Source: a virus. From it: a DNA stretch of 64,000 nucleotides. Made by a program: the position numbers and the translations under genes. Shown here piece by piece: positions 35,900-46,172 of the stretch (positions within the stretch are counted from its first letter, which is position 1; each line of letters starts with the position of its first letter). Below the pieces are notes generated by a model, which saw only the letters and a program-made list of their open reading frames with translations, was not told the DNA's origin and ran no database searches. The DNA is taken from IMG/VR virus record IMGVR_UViG_3300023276_001265; one strand, 5' to 3'.

Positions 35900-36334
35900 A
35901 TGAGTCTTTACAGTCAACTGCCTCTCGGAAATGTCACCCTCCCCTCCGGCGGAACCGCCGTCGTCACTGGCGCTCAGATGAGCGTCCGCGTCGAGGAAGA
36001 CGAGATGCTTCTTCATCTCAACTTCCAAGGCAACATTCTCGGTGTTACCGCCGCCGTTCTCACGATGGGCTTCGAGGTCGATGGCGTTGCCGCGACCGCT
36101 CTGCCCCTTTTGGGTCACACGTTCCTCACTGGGCAGCTTCAGCTTCCCGTGAACTTCACGCTTCCCGTGACCCTCACCAAGGGTGAGCACGTGGTTGCGC
36201 TGACGGCGAACACCACCACCGCTGCTGCAGCGACGGATGGCACCGCTTTCGATTGCCGCTTCTCGGCGACCCGCGTGTCCAACGCGGCTGCTCTGGCGCA
36301 CGGCGTCGACAGCAAGGTCCAGGGCATCTTCTAG
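35900..36334 (+). CDS. Hypothetical beta-rich, probably structural protein
   Basis: AAGGA SD; strong codon bias; followed by a terminator. Confidence 0.65.
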   Translation: MSLYSQLPLGNVTLPSGGTAVVTGAQMSVRVEEDEMLLHLNFQGNILGVTAAVLTMGFEVDGVAATALPLLGHTFLTGQLQLPVNFTLPVTLTKGEHVVALTANTTTAAAATDGTAFDCRFSATRVSNAAALAHGVDSKVQGIF

Positions 36335-36353
36335 GCCTAGACCCAAGGATCAA

Positions 36354-36386
36354 AACAAGCCCAGAGGGTTTCCCTCTGGGCTTGTT
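36354..36386. terminator. Perfect hairpin at the junction of the two convergent arms
   Basis: AACAAGCCCAGAGGG-TTT-CCCTCTGGGCTTGTT. Confidence 0.75.
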
Positions 36387-36545
36387 CCTTGTACTGATGT
36401 CTCTACGAGCCTTGAGGCGCTTCCGGGGGATTAGGCTCTGGCTCCACGTAAAGCTCGCAGAACGTGGCGTGGGGCCGTGAGGACATGTCTACACTACAGA
36501 AGTAGCCCCCACAGCCCTCTGTAGCGCAGGGGAAGAACCCCACGG

Positions 36546-36887
36546 CTATTCGGTGAGGACTTCTGGCTCAGGGGCCTCATCAGCCTCTACGGCGTCCTCA
36601 GCGTCATCGTCGTCGAGCTCCGCGTTTTCTAGCCTGTGAGCTGACATGGCAAGCTCCACCACCGCTGACTCCACCTTAGCCTTCTCCTTACCGATGTCCG
36701 CAGCACCCTGGCTGAGGATGAAGACGCCAGCGAGTCCAAGGATCGCTTGGACGAGAGTAGCTGTAGCTTCTGGATCGAGTCCGAAGCCGTATTTGTTTGC
36801 GAGGAGGACAGCGGCCGATGCGGCTGCCCCGCCAATAGCTGCGAGTGCCTTCTTGGAGCCGAACAGGCCCTTGAGTGCTTCCTTCAT
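36546..36887 (-). CDS. Holin-like two-TM membrane protein
   Basis: SKKAL, two hydrophobic helices, YIL/FIL-SQG..D-type motif, acidic tail. Confidence 0.5.
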   Translation of the reverse strand: MKEALKGLFGSKKALAAIGGAAASAAVLLANKYGFGLDPEATATLVQAILGLAGVFILSQGAADIGKEKAKVESAVVELAMSAHRLENAELDDDDAEDAVEADEAPEPEVLTE

Positions 36888-36901
36888 TTGGAGTCTCTCT
36901 T

Positions 36902-37360
36902 TCAGGCCCGACTATACGCTTTTTTACGCCTTTTACGACGCCCTGATGCGCGTATTTGAGTTCTCCGGAGGGCCGCAACTAATAGCGGAACTTCGGCCGA
37001 AGCTACACGCTCATCAAGGTAGAGGAGGTCGAGCTTCTTAGTGGTCTTCACGAGCTTCCCAGAGACCTCCAGAAGCCCCCAGCCGACCGGAACCTCTGAT
37101 ACCGGGATAATGCCCTTGGGGGCCATAAAATAGCGCTGCTGGCCGATGCCTGGCCCAGAGTTCCGATACCACTTCTTCAGATCCCGGCGGAAATCAGCTT
37201 TAGACGTCTTACATTCGATTAGGGTCGAATGCTGCCCTCGCCAACCTATCGCGTCCGGAACTTCCCCGCTCTGAGCTTGAGTTTCCGTAAGTACAACAGA
37301 GCAGTTGCGGCCCTTGATTAGCCACTTCTTAGCGATTTTTACTAGGTCGTCGTGGGTCAT
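36902..37360 (-). CDS. PD-(D/E)XK nuclease-like protein (MmcB-like)
   Basis: EVPDAIGW....LIECKTSKADFRRD...RYF..P......WGLL. Confidence 0.7.
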   Translation of the reverse strand: MTHDDLVKIAKKWLIKGRNCSVVLTETQAQSGEVPDAIGWRGQHSTLIECKTSKADFRRDLKKWYRNSGPGIGQQRYFMAPKGIIPVSEVPVGWGLLEVSGKLVKTTKKLDLLYLDERVASAEVPLLVAALRRTQIRASGRRKRRKKAYSRA

Positions 37361-37408
37361 TACTGATATCAGTATCCCGCACGACGTAACCTATAACAAG
37401 CGAGTAGT

Positions 37409-40357
37409 TTACTGCACCTGCACAAATGGCTTGCTGAAGCTCACTGATTCGCCATTCTCCATGGCAGCGGCTTCAATCACGACGAAGAATCGCTTATCGC
37501 CGGTTGGTTGGGCGGACAAGGCCGTTCCGAGAATACCGATCTCGGTTGAGGACGCTGGCGGAGTAGCAGCTCCGGTGGAAAATACTGGCACCGCCCCGGA
37601 CCCCTCAGCGTAGACCTTGATGTCGTAGGTTACGGTCCCCGTATCAACGCCTTTGACGAAGATGCAAATCTGAGATATCTCGGTTTGAACCGGCGCCAGA
37701 CGCCCTACAAATGCGCCATGAACTGCACCAGCAGCAGCCGTCGAGCTCATTTCAAAGAAATACTCGAAGTCTGAAGCGAACAACGGGTAAACCGGCCTCG
37801 CGTCTACAGTTCCAGCAATGTTGCCGAACACTGGATCATCGAGGTAGAAATCGGTGATCGATGCGAACCCGGCGATCGGCACCACGCCAAACGCAAGGGT
37901 GGCGTTAATGGCTGAGTAACCTGCTGCTGCGTTGCCGCCCACAGAAATGTCTCGTGTGATAGCGATCTGGATGACACTGCCAGGTGTCATTAGGCTAGCT
38001 GGGATTGATCTGATAATGGACGTTCGGTGAGGATCGATATCGGCAGTTACGGTTACGTCGAAATCTACTGAAGAAATTGGGATTACGGCCCCACCGCCAA
38101 CGTCTGCGATATTACCCGAAGTGTTCAGGCGAACTGTTCCGCCAGAGGCAGTATCAAGGCCGTATTGGAGCCTCAAGAGTGCGTCACTGTTGCCATCCCA
38201 GTTGTCTGGAACTACGAACCTGGCAGATGCGGCCTGGTCGGTCAAATCTGAGTAGGTGATGACTGGAATGTCAGTCGCGAAGAAATCGTTGCTGGGAGAG
38301 GCTGATCCTGAAACTGGCGTGAAGATATCAACGACCGGCTCCATGAGCCGCGTGCTGACTTGACCTGTATAGCGGAATTGAAACGCCGTGACGCGCCAGC
38401 TGCCTGTGTGAAGGTCAGCGCCATCTCCCCCCAGTCGCTTCACATAAAACTGAATGGTGTCTCCGGGGAGAAAGTTGATCTCTCCTGGGTTTACCAGTAC
38501 TTTGATTACGCTGCGGGTTAGGTCGGTAGTAGCAGGTACGACCAGATTGGCGGTTGCAGCTGGGAAAGTTACAGTATCGACGGTGCCGGTCGACGATCTG
38601 ATGATCTTAGCTGTCGTCTCTAGCACGATGTCCTGGGCTACGGCCGTAGTCATCTGGTAGGACGCCAGGAGCTCCATGTCCCCGCCGTCGTAGTCTGCAG
38701 GGACTACGAAGTCGAATAGTTGTCCTGTGGTGATGACGTCAACGTAGTCCTGAACCGGGACATCAGCAGAAATGAAGCCTGCTGTGGGTGCGGTGACTCC
38801 TAGGATATCTCTAGTAGTAAGCACACCGTGCGAGACAAGCCCTGTAGGGCTGATGGGCGCTCCCGTGGCTGTGAGTTCACCGCTGACATTGAAAGCGATA
38901 GAGGTAGTGTCAACTCTCACTTCTGCGATTGCATTAGTCGGACCGCCGGTGATCAACAGACCCTTGTCAGAGTCCATCGTCACCTTGCCAGCTACCGCAC
39001 CCCCAGAGCCAGATGTCGAGAAGGCGATTGCTCCTCCAGCTATTGTGAGCTGTCCGCCACCGTCGAAGGTAATTGAGGAGGTATCAACGCGAACTCTAGC
39101 GATGCCGCCACCAACGACCTCAAGTCCGAAGTCTTCATCGAACGTGGATTGCCCTACGACGAGTCCACCGGGACCAGAGGTGGCCAGGGAGACGGCTCCA
39201 GCACTTAGCTGCCAGGTCCCGGCATCCTCATTCCACACGAAGGCGCTATCCTCAGCACGGACGAGGTGAGTATCGTTTGGCTGCAGCGCTGAGGTAATAC
39301 GACCGAGCCCGAAGTTAGCCGTTGTTGGGTCAGCGGGTACTACCTGAATGCTGGTCCCATCCCGGTAGTCTGTGTCGCCGCCGAAATCGACAAACTGAGC
39401 ATCTGCTGGGGTGGCAAACACTCCGTAGAGCCTGTCGGCGGTAACGGCGGTAGGGACCTGGCGGTAAACGATTACGACATCACCGGTGCCTGAGTTGATT
39501 CCTTGAAGAGTACTGGCGTAGAAGATTGCTGCCCATGCGGTCGAATCAGTGTTGATACGGGCCGCAAGATCAGTCATCGAATCAAGCGCCGACGCACCTA
39601 TCGCTGGAGCGAAGGCCCCAGAACCGCCTGCAAATGTCCAGGTTTCGGTGGTTCCTCCGTCTGAGAGAACAAACGTATCGCCGATTTGTGCTGTATTGAC
39701 CAGGTAGAACGCACCACCGTTAGAGACTGCGTTGTTAACGCTGTCGAGCTGGTTCGCTGAGAGCAAAGTCTCTTTCCAGCTAGCTCCGCCAGATACGGCT
39801 ACATCGACGTAGGCTTTGGAGGCTGCCGCCGTAGGCCCACTAGGAGTCACCGGGAGACCGAGCACCTCTTTACCCGAGCCCATGAGAATGTCGTCAATGG
39901 CGACAATCTCGCCCCTGGTGACATCAGAAGTCGATTGGAGTGATAGGTCCTCGTTGGCAGCAGAGCCACCGATTAGTACCTGTCCACCCGCACGGCCCGC
40001 AAGGATCCCATACTGAGTGTGAACATCGCCAACGGTCAGGCTGCTGAGACCGTTGTGATCAACCGCTCCGCCCTCCGCCGGGGATGAGTGGTCGTGTTGG
40101 GCGTTGGTGAAATCGGTGATCGTAGGAGTAGGCAGAGTCTTGTTCGAGAGGGTCTGCGCTAGGTTCTCGTAGACGACCGCGTCGTTAGCAGTTGGGTCCT
40201 TAAATGTGATGTCGCGGTCAGTTACCGCTGGCTCAACCCAGATGAGATTGATGGCACGAGTAGCCGCCAGGTCCAACAGGCGGACGCGTGTGGCTATTTG
40301 CGGATCATCTAGAGTCTGGTCACTCTGGAGACGTAGTACCTGCTTCGTGGCTGCCAT
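37409..40357 (-). CDS. Large fibre/spike-like virion protein
   Basis: 982 aa, Gly/Thr/Ala-rich; QTLSNKTL, HDH, AASKAYVD; two tandem F.VP.....D jelly-roll-like repeats. Confidence 0.75.
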   Translation of the reverse strand: MAATKQVLRLQSDQTLDDPQIATRVRLLDLAATRAINLIWVEPAVTDRDITFKDPTANDAVVYENLAQTLSNKTLPTPTITDFTNAQHDHSSPAEGGAVDHNGLSSLTVGDVHTQYGILAGRAGGQVLIGGSAANEDLSLQSTSDVTRGEIVAIDDILMGSGKEVLGLPVTPSGPTAAASKAYVDVAVSGGASWKETLLSANQLDSVNNAVSNGGAFYLVNTAQIGDTFVLSDGGTTETWTFAGGSGAFAPAIGASALDSMTDLAARINTDSTAWAAIFYASTLQGINSGTGDVVIVYRQVPTAVTADRLYGVFATPADAQFVDFGGDTDYRDGTSIQVVPADPTTANFGLGRITSALQPNDTHLVRAEDSAFVWNEDAGTWQLSAGAVSLATSGPGGLVVGQSTFDEDFGLEVVGGGIARVRVDTSSITFDGGGQLTIAGGAIAFSTSGSGGAVAGKVTMDSDKGLLITGGPTNAIAEVRVDTTSIAFNVSGELTATGAPISPTGLVSHGVLTTRDILGVTAPTAGFISADVPVQDYVDVITTGQLFDFVVPADYDGGDMELLASYQMTTAVAQDIVLETTAKIIRSSTGTVDTVTFPAATANLVVPATTDLTRSVIKVLVNPGEINFLPGDTIQFYVKRLGGDGADLHTGSWRVTAFQFRYTGQVSTRLMEPVVDIFTPVSGSASPSNDFFATDIPVITYSDLTDQAASARFVVPDNWDGNSDALLRLQYGLDTASGGTVRLNTSGNIADVGGGAVIPISSVDFDVTVTADIDPHRTSIIRSIPASLMTPGSVIQIAITRDISVGGNAAAGYSAINATLAFGVVPIAGFASITDFYLDDPVFGNIAGTVDARPVYPLFASDFEYFFEMSSTAAAGAVHGAFVGRLAPVQTEISQICIFVKGVDTGTVTYDIKVYAEGSGAVPVFSTGAATPPASSTEIGILGTALSAQPTGDKRFFVVIEAAAMENGESVSFSKPFVQVQ

Positions 40358-40635
40358 TAGATGACCTCGCTCGCTTCGATGCCGGGCATCTTGTAGGTAA
40401 CGATGCCCTCGTTGAGGTTAATCGTAACGTCCTTAGCCTCGCGCGGAACTCCCATTCTGGTCGTTACTGCATCGCCCGCTGCCTCTGAAATGGCGCTAGA
40501 CTGTTCCCACTCCACCCTGGCGAGTTCGGCCTTCTTTTTCTGGACCTCAGCAGCAAGTGCTAGCCGAATCAGATGATGCTTGTCGGAAGTTGGGAGTTCA
40601 AGAGTTTTGACCCCAGGTGTAGTGTCTACTGCCAT
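40357..40635 (-). CDS. Small coiled-coil hypothetical protein
   Basis: SD and ATG; coupled to the next gene. Confidence 0.6.
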   Translation of the reverse strand: MAVDTTPGVKTLELPTSDKHHLIRLALAAEVQKKKAELARVEWEQSSAISEAAGDAVTTRMGVPREAKDVTINLNEGIVTYKMPGIEASEVI

Positions 40636-40822
40636 GTCCCATCCTTACGCATCATAGGATTCTATCAGACTCACCCACCTTCTTCGATACTTCTATTCGT
40701 CCACTTCAATCCCGTAGATGACAATAGTGGCCCAAGTCCCGTCGAACTCGACAGGGCCACCGAGGTGGACCTGCATATACATCAGCTGGCTGGAAAGTAG
40801 GGGAATCGAGGACGCATAGCAT

Positions 40823-41413
40823 CTAGGTTAAATATGGTGCTGCGGCGGCTTCCGCGCTTGCTTCGTCCGGTGCCGCGGCAACGGCAGCAAGGTAGGTTTC
40901 AGCCAGATTACGTTCCGTCAGAACAGCCAGCGAGATCGTTCCAAGTGCCCCTGTGAGGTCGGCGCTGCTCACCAAGTCATACGACCCCGCGTGGTCTGCC
41001 GTGTGGGTCGTGAACGGATAGGTTATGAGCCCGCGCGAGTCGAGCATTGCCAGCTTGGACCAATTATCTTGGTCAGCAGTCGAACAGCCGAACATCAGGC
41101 CAGAGGCAGGTGGATACTCTGCCAGGATTACAGTCGCTAGCCGCTTCTCTCGTTTTCTTGTGATCGAGTCCAAGATCGGTTCGCGCCAGAGAGGGTAATG
41201 ACTTGCCGGGAGCGCGAGGAAGGTCGCTTCCTCTGCGGGGCTGAGCGCGGAAACGAACCATGTGTCTATGATGTCGCCCTCGGTGGATACGCCGCCCGCC
41301 TCATGGTCAATCGGGCTGGTGATTGAAAAGCCCACCTCAGCGACCCAGCCGTCCGAGTCGAACGATCCGCCAAAGTCGGCTGCGAGGCTCAGGGTATATT
41401 TTGTCGCGGGCAC
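40823..41413 (-). CDS. Putative fibre-assembly/accessory protein
   Basis: Follows a fibre gene; N-terminus resembles ORF 49377; helical C-terminus reminiscent of DUF4376-type proteins. Confidence 0.5.
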   Translation of the reverse strand: MPATKYTLSLAADFGGSFDSDGWVAEVGFSITSPIDHEAGGVSTEGDIIDTWFVSALSPAEEATFLALPASHYPLWREPILDSITRKREKRLATVILAEYPPASGLMFGCSTADQDNWSKLAMLDSRGLITYPFTTHTADHAGSYDLVSSADLTGALGTISLAVLTERNLAETYLAAVAAAPDEASAEAAAAPYLT

Positions 41414-43101
41414 TAGGCCACCCTCCAGATTTCCACGTGCGCGTTGCGAATACTCGCCGTGTTGCCGCCCTGCTGGCGATACTGAAGCTCGAACGTTTTT
41501 GCCGCGCCAGAAAACACGACCTCAGCAAACCCCGCCGTGGTCATTCGATCCAGTATGTCTTTCGGCTCGTTTCTCGACCCGTTCGCGCCGCTTCCCGCAG
41601 GGTCGGCCCCGAGAGTGACGCCGTCAGTGGTGTTTCGCAGCCGGCACTCGACCTGGTCTCTAGTATTGGATTGGCCTACAAGCGCACACCAGCCGACCCG
41701 GTATGTGCCCGTCAGAGAAGGCGTAGTCATGGTGATCTTTGTCTGAAACGTCGTGCTCGTCGTGGTGGACAAGGCTACCGAAACCGCCGTCTGGTAGTCC
41801 CGACCGAATAGCGCGGCTGGCGTGATCTCCGCTACACCTCCACCCCCGTCAGCTACCGCGCAGTCAATGAAATTAAGTGTCCCGTGCGGTCCACCGCTGA
41901 CCGTTACTCCGTCGTCTTGGACGATGACATTGCTGCCGGAGCCCGTTGCACCCGTTGCGCCTGTTGCGCCTGTTGCGCCATTCGCGCCGATAGCGTGAAT
42001 CATTACGCGGACGCTGTTTGGTGCGGTGTCTAGCTGACTGGACCCCATCACGACCTGTGCCCTGATCCGTATCACCTCCGTAGCGGCAAGGGTCAGGATC
42101 GCCATTCCGTGGCTCCCATTGTCGTCTTGATTGGAGTCATGGAAAAGCCTGGACCGGGTGCCGCCTTGCTCGACGCCATTGACCTCAATCCACATTTCTG
42201 CGGTGAGGTCGTTTGCTGACGCCTCCGCTGTAGAACAGTCGTAGTCAATGCGATAGTCGCCAGCAGTGTTACAGGTGATCTCCCCATTCACATTCTTACT
42301 GAATGCGGCGTCGGTCTGGCGGGTCGTGTCCAGCGGCAGGGTGCTGGCGCTCGTGGTGATCCCGGCATAAGCCACCGCATGGTAGAAATCCACGTAGATA
42401 GCAGGGACGGGTGCTATGTCCGCAACGCCAGTCCCGGCGTCTGTCGCAGTCAGGCCAACGAAATTCAGCGTCGAGTGCGGCCCACCACTGACGATGCTGC
42501 CATCCTCTTCAACGACAATAGTCGAGCCACCACCACCGCCAGGCAGACTGCCAATGGTGACTCGCTTCTTCGCATTGGCTGCCGCCGAGTCCTCGATCAG
42601 GAGAACATCGGCAGAAACCGGCGTGCCCTTCAAAGTCACAGCCGCAATCTCACCAGCTGTGTTGTCGTGAATCGCAGCTTGCACCGTGGTGTTATTGTCG
42701 ACCTCTGTATCAAAGTCCGAAATGGTGCTCGCCGTCTGAGTGCCCGTATGGTTACCTCTGGCGAAAGTATCGGCAGCCACGGTTGTTGGATCGTAGACAT
42801 CAGCAGTCATCGCAGTGCCGCCTGATAGCACTGCTGTATTCTCTGGGGTAGGGATGCTGCTGAAGACGTAGTCCGTGTCGATGATTACGATGTTGCCTGT
42901 CTGTGCAGTCCCAAAGGTAACGACCACCTCGTTACGAGGATCTGCCGGGTTTGGGTACGCAGACTCGATTAGGTCGTTGCGAGCTACTTCACCGATGCGG
43001 ACAGAGATGGCAACCTGGAGGCGATCCAAACCATGCACCACAGTCACACTAGTTTGGGATACGAATGCCTTTTCGTGTAGCTTGTAGAAATTGCCCGCCA
43101 T
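41413..43101 (-). CDS. Fibre-like virion protein
   Basis: RGNHTGTQTASTISDF; two copies of VxxDG..VSGGPH.TLNF; GAT collagen-like repeat. Confidence 0.75.
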   Translation of the reverse strand: MAGNFYKLHEKAFVSQTSVTVVHGLDRLQVAISVRIGEVARNDLIESAYPNPADPRNEVVVTFGTAQTGNIVIIDTDYVFSSIPTPENTAVLSGGTAMTADVYDPTTVAADTFARGNHTGTQTASTISDFDTEVDNNTTVQAAIHDNTAGEIAAVTLKGTPVSADVLLIEDSAAANAKKRVTIGSLPGGGGGSTIVVEEDGSIVSGGPHSTLNFVGLTATDAGTGVADIAPVPAIYVDFYHAVAYAGITTSASTLPLDTTRQTDAAFSKNVNGEITCNTAGDYRIDYDCSTAEASANDLTAEMWIEVNGVEQGGTRSRLFHDSNQDDNGSHGMAILTLAATEVIRIRAQVVMGSSQLDTAPNSVRVMIHAIGANGATGATGATGATGSGSNVIVQDDGVTVSGGPHGTLNFIDCAVADGGGGVAEITPAALFGRDYQTAVSVALSTTTSTTFQTKITMTTPSLTGTYRVGWCALVGQSNTRDQVECRLRNTTDGVTLGADPAGSGANGSRNEPKDILDRMTTAGFAEVVFSGAAKTFELQYRQQGGNTASIRNAHVEIWRVA

Positions 43102-45648
43102 TTACAGTGTCTCTCCGTCAGTGAACATTACACCTTCAATGATCATCGCAATGATCGCAATGTTCTGGTTCGGAGTGCCGTCATTGTCTAGCTCCATCCG
43201 GACCAGGATCACATCTTCGGCATAATAGCCTGCGATGGGGTACGGCCCGAAATCAGCTTTGTAAAGGGTGTCTGCGGGCCAGACGGTTCCTATCAGTGAC
43301 GAGTCGAACGTGTAAGAGATAGCCGCTTTCGCTATAGTCGTCTCGGTGTCAGCAATAGCTCGCGGGACAGGCACTTTGCCTCCTGCTGAATCAGCCACCG
43401 TGTTGAATGCCGTTTGCACAGGTATCGCAGACACAAACCCAATGACCGGAGCAGATAGTGTTCCTCCAGGTTGCATGGCAAAAACAATCTCAACCCTTAA
43501 AGGGAATGCTGTGCAGATGCCGCCAGGTAGCGCGAACTGCGCGTATATCGCGTCGCCATTCGAATTCATCAAGCTGTTTGGGGAGTTGTGCGTCCACTCA
43601 GTAGGGATTCCACCCGTACCTACATCAAAGTTCGCGGATACCACTGTCCCAGTTTCCCCGAAGACGTTCCCGGCAGACACTAAGGTCTGCCGCCAGGAAG
43701 ACAGGCCGAGCGCACGCCTACGCCCCAGGGGTGAATACATCACATGGGACGGAGTGAGCCACAGTCGCTCAAATGTCGGAGCCGTGGTTAGTGTCGTCGC
43801 TACCCGCAGACGGACCCAGTAGGCAGTCGTACCATCGACTGCAATCACTGCCTGAGTCGTCGTGGCGTCGATACCGTACTGGATGATCTCTTCTGATGCT
43901 GCCCGCAGAAACAGCGCATCAGCATAACGATATGTCTCGACCAAGCTGGACGCCATGACGCCAACCGCAACCCATGCGGCACCATCCCAAATCTCAACAG
44001 CGTAGGAGCCGCCCACGCCTGCCGTCACCTGTGAAGTGAATAGCCCCCAATGCTTCATTTCGGTGCCCGCAGGCAGCGTCCTGGTGCTCGCGACGTAGAT
44101 ACAGTGATTTGCCGTCAAGCCCTGGAACGACACCGTGGACCCGCTACGGGATTGCGCCGCTGCCGTAGCGTCCGTCAGGTTGCCTCCGAGGGTCGTGCTG
44201 GTCGCGGTGCCGTCACTTGTGACGACCTTGATCCCATCCGAATACGACGACCCCTCACCGACCATCAGGCCAGACCCAAGCTCCGGGAACCCAGTCACAA
44301 GGGCCGAGCCGACCACTCTGGACTCTGCGTTCCGAACATCTGTTTCAGGCTGGTGAAACGACGCAGACAGCTTCATCTCGGCTATAGCCGCCGAAGGGAA
44401 CGAGAACAGCGGCTGGATGTCGGTGCCGGTCACTGTGATGGTCGTGCCCACACCTGTCAGCGCCGGGTCCACTAGGAGCGTGGAGACTGTCGTAGCAATA
44501 CGACCGCCTTCAATAACTACGGTGATTCCATCAGCTGCGATATGCCCGCCGATTGGTGCCGCCCCCCAGTTTGGTGAGTAGATAATCGCGGTGGCTGTGC
44601 CTTCGATGTGCAAGCAATCAACGGCATTGCTGCTCTCGATGTTGACCCCTTGGCCTTGGAACTTTCCCGTTCCTTGCACCAGAACTACGTCGTCAATCGT
44701 GCCCGCAGACTGTGGAACATGCACATCATCCAAGGCAAGCACTGCCGCATCAACGCGAAGCAGAGCAGCCATGCCGCCTCCCTCGCATCGGACGTTGCCC
44801 CCAACGATCTTCCCGGTCCCCGTCTTGTAGATGCCAGTTCCTTTGCCGGTCGCTCCATTACCTCGGAGATCCAAGTCATACAGCGTGCCGGTGCCTGCTG
44901 AGTGCTTAATCCCCGCATAGATCGGGGATGCCGAAACCGGAGCCGGGAGGGTGAGTCGGAAGCCCTGTAATAGGCTCCCACTAGACAACGTGAAGATGTC
45001 AGCCGTTGCACTTGCGTCACCGACAATGGTGGTCAGCAACCCGTCTCCGATGCAAGCTACGCCAGTCGGGACAGTGAGTCCAGATTCGACATAGGTGCCT
45101 CCTCTGACGCGCACCGTATCCCCACTCACTGCCACAGCAAATGCTGCGCTGATGGTTAGAAATGGCAAGTCTTGACGAGCGGTTGTTCCGGTGCCGTCAT
45201 TGCCGTCTTTGGCTACCCAGACGGTATTGGCTGTGTCGATGTTGCCGCTGCCACCACCACCAACAGTGACCCAAGCCCCTCCAGAGCGGACCTGATACTC
45301 GCCAAGGTCTGTGTCGTAGATCGACATACCGTTGGCGGCGACAAGCTGACCCTTCTGCGCTGTGGTGACCGAGACTGCCTGAGGAGCAGACCCAGTCGTA
45401 GCGCCAGACGGCGCGTGGCCGATCACGAGCCCGGTTCCGTCGTCCGGTCCTCGGAGCGCGTCTGCAATCGTGACAGGCGTCCCAGCGGAGCCAATCGTGA
45501 TCGCGGTCGTAAAGGCGTCAGTATAGAGAGCGGCGGTTCCAGCGGCCGTACGTACCAATCCAGAGATGGCGACGGTATCGTTCGCCTCATCAGCCGACGT
45601 TAGGTGTCCCTTGCCGGTTTGTCTCTTTAGGATGGTGATTGACGGCAC
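43102..45648 (-). CDS. Tailspike-like protein with probable beta-helix
   Basis: VWVAKDGND.......PFLTI..A......GDTV.V.GGTY.E, typical of the start of a pectin-lyase fold. Confidence 0.7.
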   Translation of the reverse strand: MPSITILKRQTGKGHLTSADEANDTVAISGLVRTAAGTAALYTDAFTTAITIGSAGTPVTIADALRGPDDGTGLVIGHAPSGATTGSAPQAVSVTTAQKGQLVAANGMSIYDTDLGEYQVRSGGAWVTVGGGGSGNIDTANTVWVAKDGNDGTGTTARQDLPFLTISAAFAVAVSGDTVRVRGGTYVESGLTVPTGVACIGDGLLTTIVGDASATADIFTLSSGSLLQGFRLTLPAPVSASPIYAGIKHSAGTGTLYDLDLRGNGATGKGTGIYKTGTGKIVGGNVRCEGGGMAALLRVDAAVLALDDVHVPQSAGTIDDVVLVQGTGKFQGQGVNIESSNAVDCLHIEGTATAIIYSPNWGAAPIGGHIAADGITVVIEGGRIATTVSTLLVDPALTGVGTTITVTGTDIQPLFSFPSAAIAEMKLSASFHQPETDVRNAESRVVGSALVTGFPELGSGLMVGEGSSYSDGIKVVTSDGTATSTTLGGNLTDATAAAQSRSGSTVSFQGLTANHCIYVASTRTLPAGTEMKHWGLFTSQVTAGVGGSYAVEIWDGAAWVAVGVMASSLVETYRYADALFLRAASEEIIQYGIDATTTQAVIAVDGTTAYWVRLRVATTLTTAPTFERLWLTPSHVMYSPLGRRRALGLSSWRQTLVSAGNVFGETGTVVSANFDVGTGGIPTEWTHNSPNSLMNSNGDAIYAQFALPGGICTAFPLRVEIVFAMQPGGTLSAPVIGFVSAIPVQTAFNTVADSAGGKVPVPRAIADTETTIAKAAISYTFDSSLIGTVWPADTLYKADFGPYPIAGYYAEDVILVRMELDNDGTPNQNIAIIAMIIEGVMFTDGETL

Positions 45649-45664
45649 GTAACAGCCTCAGACC

Positions 45665-46090
45665 TTACTTCTGTTCTTCGGACCTTGCGACGAGCCAGTA
45701 AACCTCTCCCGTTTTGGGATCCTTCTTGAGCTGTCGTCCTACGACGAGGCCGTAGTCCTCGCGCAGCTTGGTGTTCGCGTCGTTGACCTCGGTCCGCTTT
45801 GTCTCCAGAGCCTTCAGGTCGTTGTCGTGGACCTTCTGACGAAGCGCGATGATCAGCTGATCCTTCTTGATGATGAGCTGTTCCTGCTCAAGGAGCTTCT
45901 GCCGGAGCTCGCAGTTGTCCGCACGAGCCTCATGTAGCTGGCCAGCCTCCCACGCAGCATCGGTAGCAGGAACCCTCTCGAATTCTGGAGTCGGCTGAGA
46001 GGGCTTACTGACCCCTCCGAGTCCCTCGTTGTTGGCTGCGCCATTGATTCGATTCTTCACTGATGTCCTCTTGCGCTTGCGCTTCGACAT
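45665..46090 (-). CDS. Coiled-coil protein, likely paralog of ORF 27730
   Basis: Heptads; C-terminal QLKKDPKTGEVYW. Confidence 0.65.
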   Translation of the reverse strand: MSKRKRKRTSVKNRINGAANNEGLGGVSKPSQPTPEFERVPATDAAWEAGQLHEARADNCELRQKLLEQEQLIIKKDQLIIALRQKVHDNDLKALETKRTEVNDANTKLREDYGLVVGRQLKKDPKTGEVYWLVARSEEQK

Positions 46091-46130
46091 GCGTAATCCC
46101 TTGTCATGTGTATCTCCGCCTACTGCCTGA

Positions 46131-46168
46131 TGCGGGTGAGTCTACCATCTGCGGGTGAGTCTACCATC
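46131..46168. repeat. Perfect 19-bp tandem duplication
   Basis: TGCGGGTGAGTCTACCATC twice. Confidence 0.9.
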
Positions 46169-46172
46169 CACA

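Noticed and set aside
35247-36346. Long antisense and alternative-frame ORFs (e.g. 35247-35885, 3643-4347, 25732-26436, 47233-47841)
   Set aside because: Shadow ORFs of GC-rich genes with no motifs or RBS.
40690-40820. Short minus-strand frame (...MYMQVHLGGPVEFDGTWATIVIYGIEVDE*) as a gene or remnant
   Set aside because: Under 45 codons, no clear SD, and no recognisable homology.
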